Origin: Candidatus Saccharimonadia bacterium
Lineage (GTDB): Bacteria > Patescibacteriota > Saccharimonadia > UBA4664
NCBI GenBank assembly: GCA_035479295.1
Contig: DATIIV010000012.1
Location: 65,010 to 129,009 of the forward strand
DNA length: 64,000 nt
Reading direction: 5' to 3'
Translations under genes and position numbers: made by a program
Notes under the pieces: generated by a model
Databases searched by the model: none
Seen by the model: only the letters and a program-made list of their open reading frames with translations
What the model was told of the DNA's origin: nothing
In this document: in pieces, positions 18,274-27,259 of the stretch
Layout of the letters: the number at the start of each line of letters is the position of its first letter
Numbering within the stretch: position 1 is the stretch's first letter

Positions 18274-18382
18274 ATCGCGCCAAAACGCCCCTGGGGGCCG
18301 CTCTCGCAGCACTGACGCGGGAGCGGCCTGACCGCTGCAATTATTTGACCTTGGCTAAAATTAGGCAAAACCGCCGAAAGCG

Positions 18383-18390
18383 TGTATAAT
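18383..18390 (+). promoter_or_regulatory. Candidate -10 (TGTATAAT) giving a 5' UTR of about 115 nt for the RRM gene
   Basis: Read from the sequence. The -35 is weak. Confidence 0.3.
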
Positions 18391-18510
18391 AGCCTCAATC
18401 TAGAAACAAGCCTTGTCTTGTCGATTTCGCTGAGCCACCTCACCCGTTCGTGGCACATCTCAATCTTATTCCGGAGCATATTAAAGGAAGCTTCGGGTAA
18501 GGAGATATTT

Positions 18511-18813
18511 GTGGCAGTAAAATTATTTGTAGGCTCACTGAGCTTTAGCATCGACGACGACCAGCTCAAGGAGCTGTTTGTTCCCTTTGGTACGGTGGTG
18601 AGCGCGACCATTATCATGGACCGCGACACCAACCGTTCCAAGGGTTTTGGCTTTGTCGAGATGAGCACCGACGACGAGGCTCAGGCGGCTATTAAGTCGC
18701 TGAACGGCCAGACCGTGGGCGGCCGCGCCATCGCGGTTAACATCGCCAAGCCCAAGAAGGACTTTGGCGACCGCGGCGACCGTCCGGCCTATGGTCGCGA
18801 CCGCCGCTATTAG
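18511..18813 (+). CDS. RRM-type RNA-binding protein
   Basis: GTG start with RBS AAGGAG 7 nt upstream. RNP2 KLFVGSLSF, RNP1 KGFGFVEM, and a C-terminal RG-rich tail (GDRGDRPAYGRDRRY). The ORF-track N-terminal extension is rejected. Confidence 0.8.
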   Translation: MAVKLFVGSLSFSIDDDQLKELFVPFGTVVSATIIMDRDTNRSKGFGFVEMSTDDEAQAAIKSLNGQTVGGRAIAVNIAKPKKDFGDRGDRPAYGRDRRY

Positions 18814-18835
18814 TAGCCAGGCCGTTGAGCAACTA

Positions 18836-19147
18836 ATGCAGTTCTTTCTCCCTCACGCCGGCAGCGAGCCCGAGGTGGCCTACCAGCGCATCGTGGCGAT
18901 ACTCAAGAGCCAGTTTCGGCTGCCGATCATGGAACGCCGCATCTTTAGCCTGCGCTATACCAATAGCAAGCGGCGTTGGCGAGCCGAGGTGGGAGAGCTG
19001 GAGCAGCAAGAAGGATTGTACGAGATTTTGGCGATTTTTGAGTCCAAATCGTACATTATTTACACTCGCACCCGCGGTGGCAACGCCGGACCCATCATTA
19101 TGGTGGCCAAGGACGAGGTGACCGCGGTGGAGGAGTTTACCGACTAG
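18836..19147 (+). CDS. Hypothetical protein
   Basis: Internal ATG chosen so the gene does not overlap the RRM gene. A hairpin terminator follows. Confidence 0.4.
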   Translation: MQFFLPHAGSEPEVAYQRIVAILKSQFRLPIMERRIFSLRYTNSKRRWRAEVGELEQQEGLYEILAIFESKSYIIYTRTRGGNAGPIIMVAKDEVTAVEEFTD

Positions 19148-19170
19148 CTTGCAAGGCTGATTGTGTGCAG

Positions 19171-19198
19171 AAAATGCCGTCGAAGAGACGGCATTTTC
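19171..19198 (+). terminator. Rho-independent terminator (AAAATGCCGTC-GAAGA-GACGGCATTTT), symmetric A/T flanks
   Basis: Read from the sequence. Confidence 0.65.
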
Positions 19199-19317
19199 TG
19201 TGTGTAATCTGTTGAGCTTGGTGTGGCGGGCCGTCATGATGGGCGATGTGAGGGGCAGCCGAGAACGAGGCGGCTTCTCATGCTCCCTAACTGTCCGACC
19301 GGCCGAAAGGCGAGGCA

Positions 19318-21008
19318 TGCGTAAGCAAATCTGGATGGCTCTGGGGGTGGCAGCAGTGTTGCTACTGCCAACCTGGGCGCCGGCGGCCGCGGCGGCCGAA
19401 CCACCACCGGCTTCGTCGATCGTGTGGCACAACTGCGCGCCGCCACCACTCGACATTCCCGATGGCGGCCAGAAGTGCGGCGAGATCGATGTGCCGCTGA
19501 ACTACCAGGACCCTCGCGGGACTCACATCGAGGTAGCGGTCTCGCGCATCGCGGCGGCCAACCCAACCAAGCGGCGCGGCGTGTTGCTGGTGAATCCGGG
19601 CGGCCCCGGCGGCTCGGGCCTGGATCTGCCGCGCGAGCTGAGTCTGTTGATGGACTCAGCGGTGCTCGATGCTTACGACATCGTGGGCTTCGATCCGCGC
19701 GGAGTGGGGCAGAGTACCCCGCTCACCTGTGGACTGACGGCGCTGCAAGCCAACCAAGCGCTGCCGCCGCTGATGCAGGATCACCGCTTTAGTGCCACCG
19801 CCACCTTTGTGCACCAGGTGGCCGACCAGTGCGCGGTGGACGGCGGCCAGATCATGCCGTACATGAACACGGCTAACACGGCCCGCGACATGGACCAGAT
19901 TCGGCGAGCGCTGGGTGAGCCCAAGATTAGTTACCTGGGGTACTCGTACGGCACGTATCTGGGCATGGTGTACGCGATGCTCTTTTCGCAGCACACCGAC
20001 CGCATGGTGATCGACAGCAACGTGGATCCAGACTGGACCTGGCGGGAGCAGTTTAACCAGTGGGGTCCAGCCGGCGCCGCGCGGTTCCCGGACTTTGCCC
20101 GGTTTGCGGCTGCCAATGATGCCACCCTACATTTGGGAGCCACGCCGGCCGCGGTGACCAACAAGTACTATCAGCTGTCGAATCAGTTGGCGGCCCATCC
20201 TCTGATGCTGCCAGATGGCACTATTCTGAACGACGCCTTCTTTTGCGAAGTTGTGTTTAGCTCTCTCTACAGCGATAGCTCATTCCCGTTCCTAGCTATG
20301 CTGTGGCAGGAGCTGAGCCAGCCGGTACTGCCGGGCGGGGCGGCGATTCAGAATACGTTGGGCGGGCTCGTGGGGCCAAGGCCGCTGGCCGGTGGACCCA
20401 CTCCGCCGCTCGTGCCGGTGGACAATCCGGTGGCCTCGGGTCTGGCGGTACTATGCAACGATGTGGCTTGGCCGCGCAATACGGCTGGGCTGCCGGATCC
20501 GGCGCATAACGTCGCCAGCTACGAGTTGGACCTGGGGCTCAGCATGGCTGCTTATCCCATGTTCGGGGCGCTCGGTCGCAACATTTGGCCCTGCGCCTAC
20601 TGGAAGAGTCCGCCAGTGGAGCCGTCGGTGCAGATTTCGGGTACCGGGCCACGCAACATTCTGATGATCCAGAATGTGCGCGACCCTGCCACGGCTTACA
20701 GCGGCGCCGTGGAGGCGCGCCAACTGCTCGGCCACCGCGCCAGCCTGGTAACGGTGCAGCAGGGCGGCCACGGTGCGGCCTACCTTACGCTCAGTCAGTG
20801 CGCTAGCGATGCCGCTACGCGCTGGCTAGTCAACGGCCTGATGCCGCCACCCAGCGGCCAGACCTGTCCGCCGCCGGGGCTCACCGCCTCGCCGCACGCC
20901 GCGCTCAGCTCTGAGGCCCCCACGCGTGGTGCAGTTGGTCCTGCCGCGACCAGCGCCCGCACCACGGCCATCCGACTCATTCAGGAGGTGATGCGACCAA
21001 GGTTCTAA
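19318..21008 (+). CDS. Secreted alpha/beta-hydrolase peptidase, tripeptidyl-aminopeptidase-like (S33 family)
   Basis: Start at MRKQIW... with a signal peptide (ALGVAAVLLLPTWAPAAAAAEP). Motifs NPGGPGGSG and the nucleophile elbow GYSYGTYLG are present. Confidence 0.75.
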
Positions 21009-21043
21009 GCCAGTAGTTCAATACGCAGACAGTGCAAACACAG

Positions 21044-21079
21044 CCCTGCTGGGACTTCGGTTCCAGCAGGGTCTTTGCT
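21044..21079 (+). terminator. Hairpin terminator (CCCTGCTGG / CCAGCAGGG), then TCTTTGCTT
   Basis: Read from the sequence. Confidence 0.5.
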
Positions 21080-21252
21080 TGGCCATAGTAACAGCACCAT
21101 TCTTTTCATTTGGAAATATTGACAGCTTCTTGATAGCATTCTACGAGCCAACAAATTTTACTCAAGAACGGAGCGCAATTTTGGGAATAGTCTCCTAACA
21201 TACAACTTATGCTTATAAGTATGATGCTCCCGTACTAACCAGGAGACCGTTC

Positions 21253-22347
21253 ATGAAAAAACTGACCATAAAATTAATGCTGGCCCAGCTGCTAGCCATC
21301 GGTTCGCTGATGGTGGCCGGTCTTGGCACCGCCTCGGCCGCCACGCCCAATGCAGCGGCTGCGCTTAAGGCTACGCCCAGCGCCCCCGCGGCCGACCGCA
21401 ATGCGCTGCTCGCCCCCAGCCTAGCCAAGCCCCACGCGGTGGCCTCGCCGGCTATCACCTACACCGTGAGTCTAACTGCCAGCTCGACCTCGCTCTGGCC
21501 CACGCAGTACACCACGCTAACTGCCACCACCAACTCCAACGTCGGCCCGACGCCGTACTACCTGGAGATCTTCGACGCCAGCACCGGCGGCTCGGTGGCC
21601 ATCTGTGGCACCGGCACTACCTGTAGCGCCTCGGTAACGCAGACGGCTGCCACCACCCACTACTACCGGGCGTATGTGGCGTACTACTCGACCACCAATC
21701 CGCCGACCGGCATTCAGGCCGCCAGCGGCTACGTGGGTGTCACTTGGAAGAGCGTGGGCGTTACGCTGAGCGTTAATCCCAGCACCGTCAACGTGGGCGC
21801 CAGCAGCACGCTGAGCACCGTGACCACGGCCGACATCGGCCCCAGCCCGTTCTGGACTCAGATCTTTGACCTCAACACCGGCGCTCGTGTGGGCGTGTGT
21901 GGCTTTGGCACCACTTGCTCGGCTACGGTGAGCCAATCGGTGGCCACCACGCACAAGTTCGTGGCCTACGTGGCCAGCTACGGCACCAGCCTGCCGCTAG
22001 CTAATGTGCAAGCTACCTCGCTGGCCAACTATGTGACCTGGTCGAACGCCGGCTACCGCCTAAGCCTCACGACCACGCGCACCAGCGTTGGCCACGACAC
22101 CGTGACGGCTACGAGCAACATCAACGTTGGCCCGACGCCTTGGTACATCGAGATTTTTAACGTCAACACCGGCGCCCGCATCGCGGTCTGTGGCTTTGGT
22201 ACCACCTGCTCGGCCAATGTGGCGTTGAACTACGGTGCCAACAACTTCGTGGCCTTCACCTCGTCGTACGACACGGCGCTGCCGCCGGCCAACATCCAGG
22301 CCAGCTCCAAGGTAGTGACGGACAACTACTTCATCTTCATTCCGTAA
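21253..22347 (+). CDS. Secreted protein made of three tandem ~97-aa repeats, each with a CG(T/F)GTTCSA motif
   Basis: RBS AGGAGA. Signal peptide, then an Ala-rich spacer, then 3 repeats (PYYLEIFDAS...CGTGTTCSAS; PFWTQIFDLN...CGFGTTCSAT; PWYIEIFNVN...CGFGTTCSAN). Confidence 0.7.
   Translation: MKKLTIKLMLAQLLAIGSLMVAGLGTASAATPNAAAALKATPSAPAADRNALLAPSLAKPHAVASPAITYTVSLTASSTSLWPTQYTTLTATTNSNVGPTPYYLEIFDASTGGSVAICGTGTTCSASVTQTAATTHYYRAYVAYYSTTNPPTGIQAASGYVGVTWKSVGVTLSVNPSTVNVGASSTLSTVTTADIGPSPFWTQIFDLNTGARVGVCGFGTTCSATVSQSVATTHKFVAYVASYGTSLPLANVQATSLANYVTWSNAGYRLSLTTTRTSVGHDTVTATSNINVGPTPWYIEIFNVNTGARIAVCGFGTTCSANVALNYGANNFVAFTSSYDTALPPANIQASSKVVTDNYFIFIP
21460..22338 (+). repeat. Intragenic tandem repeat, 3 copies of about 291 nt
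   Basis: Period derived from the recurring P(Y/F/W)(Y/W)xxIF...CGxGTTCSA blocks in the translation. Confidence 0.65.
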
Positions 22348-22372
22348 GCTGATCTTGGCTTCGTAATGTAGC

Positions 22373-22406
22373 AAGGCTCCCCTGACGAGGGGAGCCTTCG
22401 CGTTTG
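22373..22406 (+). terminator. Rho-independent terminator (AAGGCTCCCCT-GACG-AGGGGAGCCTT)
   Basis: Read from the sequence. Confidence 0.6.
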
Positions 22407-22457
22407 CGTGAGGCTGAGGTGGTTGTTAGGATAGGAAGAACTAAGAGGGTCAAGGTA

Positions 22458-23480
22458 ATGCCGATAATGCCACGAGTAAGCCAAGCACACATCGGCATGG
22501 TCGATGCTGGCGGCACCCACACGCGGGTGGTGGTAGCGACCGAGTCTGGCCGCGAGGTGTACGCCGAGGTGTTTGCGAGTCATGAGTATGCCGGCCTGGA
22601 TGAGGTACTGACGACGGCGTTTGAGGCGGCGGGTGTGGTGCCGGGGCGAATGGCCTTTGGTCTGGCTGGGCCGTACAATAGTGAGCGTGGCCGGCTGCGG
22701 TTTGGTAACCGGCCCGAGTGGCCCGACTTTGATCTGGCCGCCACTGAGCAGCGCTGGGGCTGCCGCGGCCGGGTCTGCAACGATGTGGAGTTGCAGGCGG
22801 CGGCCGCGGCTGCTACGGCGCCGGAACATTTGGTTACCCTCAAGCCGGGCCGCCTCTGGCCAGCCGGTCGCACCGTGGTGCTAACGCTTAGCACCGGGCT
22901 AGGCGTGGCCTTGGCCGAGGCCGGGCACACCATCGCCACTGAGTTTGGCTCCGAGGGCGTGGTGCCGCTGACCGACGACGAGGCCGACCTTGCTCGGTTC
23001 GTGGCGGCCGACGGCGGCACACCGTATGCACCCATCGGCGGCATTCTCGATGGCGGCAGCGGTTTTGGCCGGGCGCACGCCTGGCTGCTGGCTCGCGGCG
23101 AGCACCCGGCCGCAGCTACCCGGGCCCAGCTGGACAAGCTGCGGGCGGCCGGCGCCGATCCCGGTCCCGCCATTACCGCCGCGGCCGCCCACGATCCCTT
23201 TGCCGGCCGCATTATGCGCACCATGGGCGGCTTGTACGGCACCTACCTGCGCCAGCTCATGAACGCGCTGCAGCCCACCGCCGGCCTGCACCTAGTGGGT
23301 GCCGTCAATCAAGCAGCGGCCGAGTTCTGGGCCGATCCAGCGCATTCGCCGCTCCTCGAGCGCCTAACCGACCCTCGCCTTGATTATGCCGACGAAGTAG
23401 CCGGCTTCACCCTCATCCTTAATCGTGATCCCCAATTGGCTCGCCGCGGTGGTTTGGCGCTAGCTCGGTCTATTACGTAG
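22458..23480 (+). CDS. Glucokinase-family (Glk, PF02685-like) sugar kinase
   Basis: N-terminal HIGMVDAGGTHTRV (compare Glk GDIGGTNARF), plus NDVELQAAAA and LSTGLGVAL motifs. The start is uncertain (ATG 22458 or 22467). The ORF-track start at 22404 lies inside the terminator hairpin. Confidence 0.55.
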   Translation: MPIMPRVSQAHIGMVDAGGTHTRVVVATESGREVYAEVFASHEYAGLDEVLTTAFEAAGVVPGRMAFGLAGPYNSERGRLRFGNRPEWPDFDLAATEQRWGCRGRVCNDVELQAAAAAATAPEHLVTLKPGRLWPAGRTVVLTLSTGLGVALAEAGHTIATEFGSEGVVPLTDDEADLARFVAADGGTPYAPIGGILDGGSGFGRAHAWLLARGEHPAAATRAQLDKLRAAGADPGPAITAAAAHDPFAGRIMRTMGGLYGTYLRQLMNALQPTAGLHLVGAVNQAAAEFWADPAHSPLLERLTDPRLDYADEVAGFTLILNRDPQLARRGGLALARSIT

Positions 23481-23515
23481 CTTCGGTGCGTCCGCCAAAC
23501 CACTTACGCAAGTAG

Positions 23516-23524
23516 TGCTATACT
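23516..23524 (+). promoter_or_regulatory. Extended -10 TGcTATACT placed 6 nt before ATG 23531 (leaderless-type)
   Basis: Same motif and spacing as at 9904-9919. Confidence 0.45.
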
Positions 23525-23530
23525 TTAGGC

Positions 23531-24283
23531 ATGGCCATTCCAATTCCTCTTACCGGAATCTCTCAGCTTCTCGACTGCATCTTTCTGTTTGTAGCCTGGA
23601 GTTTAGTGGGTCAGCGCCTTAAGCAGGCCGGCGACCAAGCTATCATCACGGTTGGCCATATTTACCGCTACTTTGGCTATTTTGTTCTTTTTAATATCTT
23701 CATGACACTACCATACGCGGTGCTCTACCTTCGCCCGGACTGGTTTCCGGCCGCTATGGGCTGGGGGTATGTGGTGGCTAATATATTCTTGGTTATCTCG
23801 CTCTCTCATTTGTCGCGAATGGTGGCGCAAATGGTGCCGCAGTGGAGCAGCAAAGAACCCCTCATTCATGGTCTTTGGGTGGTGATTAATGTGGTCCTGA
23901 CCGGCCTTAATGTGGTGTATGTGGCTATTCTGGCCCAGCCGGGCTACGATAACGCCAGCGGCGTGACGCGGTTCCACATCCCCGGCGGCCTGGGCGCCAC
24001 GCTGGGCATGATTAGCCTCTTGGCTTACTTGCCGGCGCTCGTGCTCTTCGTTATGAACGCCGTTAAGGGCCACGGTGATCAGCGCCGTCGATCGATCTTG
24101 CTGGCGGCCGGTATGCTGCTTATTATGGTGGTGGGGCCGCTGCACGCGGTAGCCGCTAACTGGGAGGTATTTTTGCTAGCCGACGCCCTCAATGTCGTCA
24201 GCTTGGTGCTATTAGCCGGCGGCGTGCTGTATCGTATTGGCTCCAGCCTGGCCGCTTCGCCCCAGCCGGCTTCGGTCCGCTAG
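23531..24283 (+). CDS. Polytopic membrane protein, paralog A (about 7 TM)
   Basis: 250 aa. Colinear similarity to the next gene (for example AMGWGYVVANIFL vs WMAWGYVVGHIFL, and a C-terminal YR(I/L)xxSL motif). Confidence 0.6.
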   Translation: MAIPIPLTGISQLLDCIFLFVAWSLVGQRLKQAGDQAIITVGHIYRYFGYFVLFNIFMTLPYAVLYLRPDWFPAAMGWGYVVANIFLVISLSHLSRMVAQMVPQWSSKEPLIHGLWVVINVVLTGLNVVYVAILAQPGYDNASGVTRFHIPGGLGATLGMISLLAYLPALVLFVMNAVKGHGDQRRRSILLAAGMLLIMVVGPLHAVAANWEVFLLADALNVVSLVLLAGGVLYRIGSSLAASPQPASVR

Positions 24284-24347
24284 CTTTTTCTAGCTTTGGG
24301 TCGCTTCATCCATTAGAATAAGCGTAATAAGACAGGAAAAAGGCTTC

Positions 24348-25106
24348 ATGGACATCCCATTAACCGCCATAACAACCGCCATCGGCGTCCTCGTCATGTT
24401 TGGCGCCTGGTTCTTTGTGGGGCAGCGCATGAGGCAGAGCCACGTCGCCGTTCTGCGCCCCGTGCAGCTGTTCAACCAATTCTTTTTGAGCATGGCCGTC
24501 TTCTTTACCATCATGGCCGTGCCGCATATCTGGCTGTTCATCGACCCGAGCCAGTTCCCGATCTGGATGGCCTGGGGTTATGTGGTTGGCCACATTTTCT
24601 TGTACCTGGCCTTCATTAATATCATCCGCATGACCTTTACCATCGTGCCCAAGCTGACGCCCAAGGCGCCGTTGGCCGTAGGGGCCGCTATCGTCGTTAC
24701 CGTGGCGGTCACCATCATTAATGCCGTTACTATGATCTTTGGCACGCGCCCCAGCTACGACTACGTGCAGCATGTCACCCAGTTTAACGCCTCGCCGATT
24801 GTGGGCGCTTCCATTGGGATCTTTGCGGCGCTGGCGGTCTTTCCGCCGGCCATCTTATTTATTGTTAACGCCTTTAAGGCGCAGGGCAATCGGCGGGTGC
24901 GGTCGCTCATTCTGGGCATTGGGCTCATTTTGCTTATGACGGCTGGCCCACTGCACGATGTGGCCAAGAACTGGCAGACTTACATGCTGGCTGATATCTT
25001 CTCGATCTTGAGCATCATCGTCACCGGCACCGGCGTCGTCTACCGCCTGGAGCAGAGCCTCACCGTGGAGCCGCAGCCCGTGCCCGCCCCTACAGCTGGT
25101 CGATGA
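24348..25106 (+). CDS. Polytopic membrane protein, paralog B
   Basis: RBS AGGAAAAAGG. 252 aa. A tandem duplicate of 23531-24283. Confidence 0.6.
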   Translation: MDIPLTAITTAIGVLVMFGAWFFVGQRMRQSHVAVLRPVQLFNQFFLSMAVFFTIMAVPHIWLFIDPSQFPIWMAWGYVVGHIFLYLAFINIIRMTFTIVPKLTPKAPLAVGAAIVVTVAVTIINAVTMIFGTRPSYDYVQHVTQFNASPIVGASIGIFAALAVFPPAILFIVNAFKAQGNRRVRSLILGIGLILLMTAGPLHDVAKNWQTYMLADIFSILSIIVTGTGVVYRLEQSLTVEPQPVPAPTAGR

Positions 25107-26754
25107 GCGTCGACACCTCGGCCTCGACTACCTTGGCGTGGTCGCGCTGCAGCTGGCTAAACGGTGGCACTTCTAGGTAAAAGGTCGAGCCATGGTTGAG
25201 CGTACTCTTGCACCAGACCTTGGCGTTGAGTCGCTCGGCCAGCTCGAGGCAGAGGTACAGGCCGAGGCCGGTGCCGCCGGTCTCGCGAGTCCGGTAGTCC
25301 TCTGAGCGGTAGAATTTGGTGAATAAGTGGCGCTGGTCGCTGGCCGAGATGCCGATGCCGCTATCTTGCACGGCAAAGAGTACGCCGCCGTTTTGGCTTG
25401 GTGCAGCCTTAACAATGATGCCGCCCTCCTGGGTGTACTTCATGGCGTTGGTCAGGTAGTTCTGTAGCACCTCATGAATGTGGTGCTCGGTGGAGAGTAT
25501 GGAGGGTGTGTTGGGCAGCAACACGAGCTTGAGCGACAGGTTCTTCTCCTTGGCCTGGGGCATAAAGTCGTTGACCAACTGTTCGAGCAACAGCTTGGGA
25601 TTAACTGGCCGCAGCTGAATCGGAATAGTATCGTCTTGGGCCTGCGACAGGGTGGTGAGGTCGCGCACGATGCTGCCCAAAAAGACCGTATTGCGGTGCG
25701 CCTGCTCGAGCAAGAGGGTCAGCTGTGACGATAGCTGAGGCTTGGCTAGTAGGGCCGTTGATAGTGCGGCTTCCACAATAGTGAGCGGCGTGCGCAGTTC
25801 GTGCGAGGCCACGGCGATAAACTCTTCGCGCTGCTGATCGAGCGACTTCTCCTTGGTAATATCGCGGCCCACGATAATGTAGTTGATGGCGCCGGCCGCC
25901 CCCAACCGCACAGGCGTAATACTAATATCTAGGTCGGTGATGCTGCCGTCGGGGGCCGCATAGCCCAGATCGCGGCGCTGTTGAGGATCGGTGTTGCCTT
26001 GGGCGAGCTCTACCAGGGAGACGGCCTGCTTGGAGCGGCGCTGGAGCGGCAGTACCTTGGTGAGGTCGCGGCCGCGCAGCTCACCTTTGGCGCTCACGAG
26101 CGCTTGGGCGGCTCCATTGTGCAGAATAATCCGGCCGCGGTCATCAATCATAAAGATGGCGTCGTTGAGGCTATTAACCAGATTGAGCAATCGCTCGCGC
26201 TCGGTCTGGTTGTCGCGACTCAGCGCCTCTAGCTCGTGGCGCTCTTGGCGCTCGGCCCGCGTGAGCCGCTCCACAAATACTCCAATGATCAGCAGTACGA
26301 GCAGACTAATGGCGATGGTGCGCGGTTCGCTTAAGCTTAGGGGTTTGAAGGGCGCCCACATGGCGGTCGGAATCAGGGCTAAGGCTTGGCCGGCAATAAC
26401 GCCGAGTGAGCCGCGCAGACCATACCAATACGCCGCCGAGATAATCATAAAGACCAGAAAGGCCGAGTAGGGGGTGGAGATGCTCCCCACCAGGAGCAGC
26501 AGTGCCGCCACAAACAAGTTATCGAGCACGAGCATGGTAATGCGCGACGAGAGCAGGCGCAATCGGCCAAAGTTGGGCAGATAGTGCAGCATGTTGTAGG
26601 CCGCCGACACGCACATGAGGCCGTATAAGAACAGGCTCTGGGGCTGATCTGGCGGTATCGTAATGAGCGCCGTGCCGATGGTGAGCCAACGCACCTGGCG
26701 CGTTACGCGCTCGTAGTTGGCGGCTTTGTGGAGGGCTCGACCGTGGTTGTCCAT
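25090..26754 (-). CDS. Sensor histidine kinase (multi-TM N-terminus, PAS, HisKA, HATPase_c)
   Basis: H-box FIAVASHELRTPLT, G-box GGTGLGLYLC, and a PAS-like segment LNDAIFMIDDRGRIILHN. Confidence 0.85.
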   Translation of the reverse strand: MDNHGRALHKAANYERVTRQVRWLTIGTALITIPPDQPQSLFLYGLMCVSAAYNMLHYLPNFGRLRLLSSRITMLVLDNLFVAALLLLVGSISTPYSAFLVFMIISAAYWYGLRGSLGVIAGQALALIPTAMWAPFKPLSLSEPRTIAISLLVLLIIGVFVERLTRAERQERHELEALSRDNQTERERLLNLVNSLNDAIFMIDDRGRIILHNGAAQALVSAKGELRGRDLTKVLPLQRRSKQAVSLVELAQGNTDPQQRRDLGYAAPDGSITDLDISITPVRLGAAGAINYIIVGRDITKEKSLDQQREEFIAVASHELRTPLTIVEAALSTALLAKPQLSSQLTLLLEQAHRNTVFLGSIVRDLTTLSQAQDDTIPIQLRPVNPKLLLEQLVNDFMPQAKEKNLSLKLVLLPNTPSILSTEHHIHEVLQNYLTNAMKYTQEGGIIVKAAPSQNGGVLFAVQDSGIGISASDQRHLFTKFYRSEDYRTRETGGTGLGLYLCLELAERLNAKVWCKSTLNHGSTFYLEVPPFSQLQRDHAKVVEAEVSTLIDQL

Positions 26755-26757
26755 GGG

Positions 26758-27165
26758 CTACTCAGACTCGAGCGTCGGCGCCTCTTTGGCCGGCAGGTTC
26801 AGGTGCTGGCGCAGGCGAGCCATGACATCGGCAATAACGACCTGCGACTTCACCAGATAATCGTCGGCACCCAGCTCTTTGGCCCGGGCCTGATCGTTGG
26901 CTTGACCCAGCGCCGACAGAATCACGATCTTAATGCGGCTCGTCTCGGGCGTATGGCGCAGAATATCCAGCACGTCAAAGCCGTTGAGGCGCGGCATCAT
27001 AATATCGAGCAGGATCAGATTGGGCTTAAAGTCGCGGGCAGCCTGCAGCGCCTCTTCGCCATTACTGCAATGCTTTACCTCGAAGCCCTCGGCCTCCATG
27101 CGCATTTGGTAGAGGCTGGCTAGGGTGAGGTCGTCTTCGACCAGTAGGATGCGGGGTTGACTCAT
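26758..27165 (-). CDS. Response regulator, receiver domain only (CheY-like)
   Basis: ILLVEDD, phospho-acceptor LLDIMMP, and the T/K positions are conserved. No output domain in 135 aa. Lies 3 nt upstream of the kinase gene. Confidence 0.85.
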   Translation of the reverse strand: MSQPRILLVEDDLTLASLYQMRMEAEGFEVKHCSNGEEALQAARDFKPNLILLDIMMPRLNGFDVLDILRHTPETSRIKIVILSALGQANDQARAKELGADDYLVKSQVVIADVMARLRQHLNLPAKEAPTLESE

Positions 27166-27259
27166 AGGTTCCTCTTAATCGTGGCCGGCCTCAAGCCGGT
27201 AACGCTTTCTGAAATTATTTTACCATGCCGAAGCCATGGGGCAATTGGGTGATTGGCGA

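Noticed and set aside
18159-19456. Minus-strand ORFs 18159-18668 and 18833-19456 opposite the RRM gene and its neighbour
   Set aside because: The RRM frame has a perfect RNP1/RNP2 and an RBS. The antisense ORFs lack starts and motifs.
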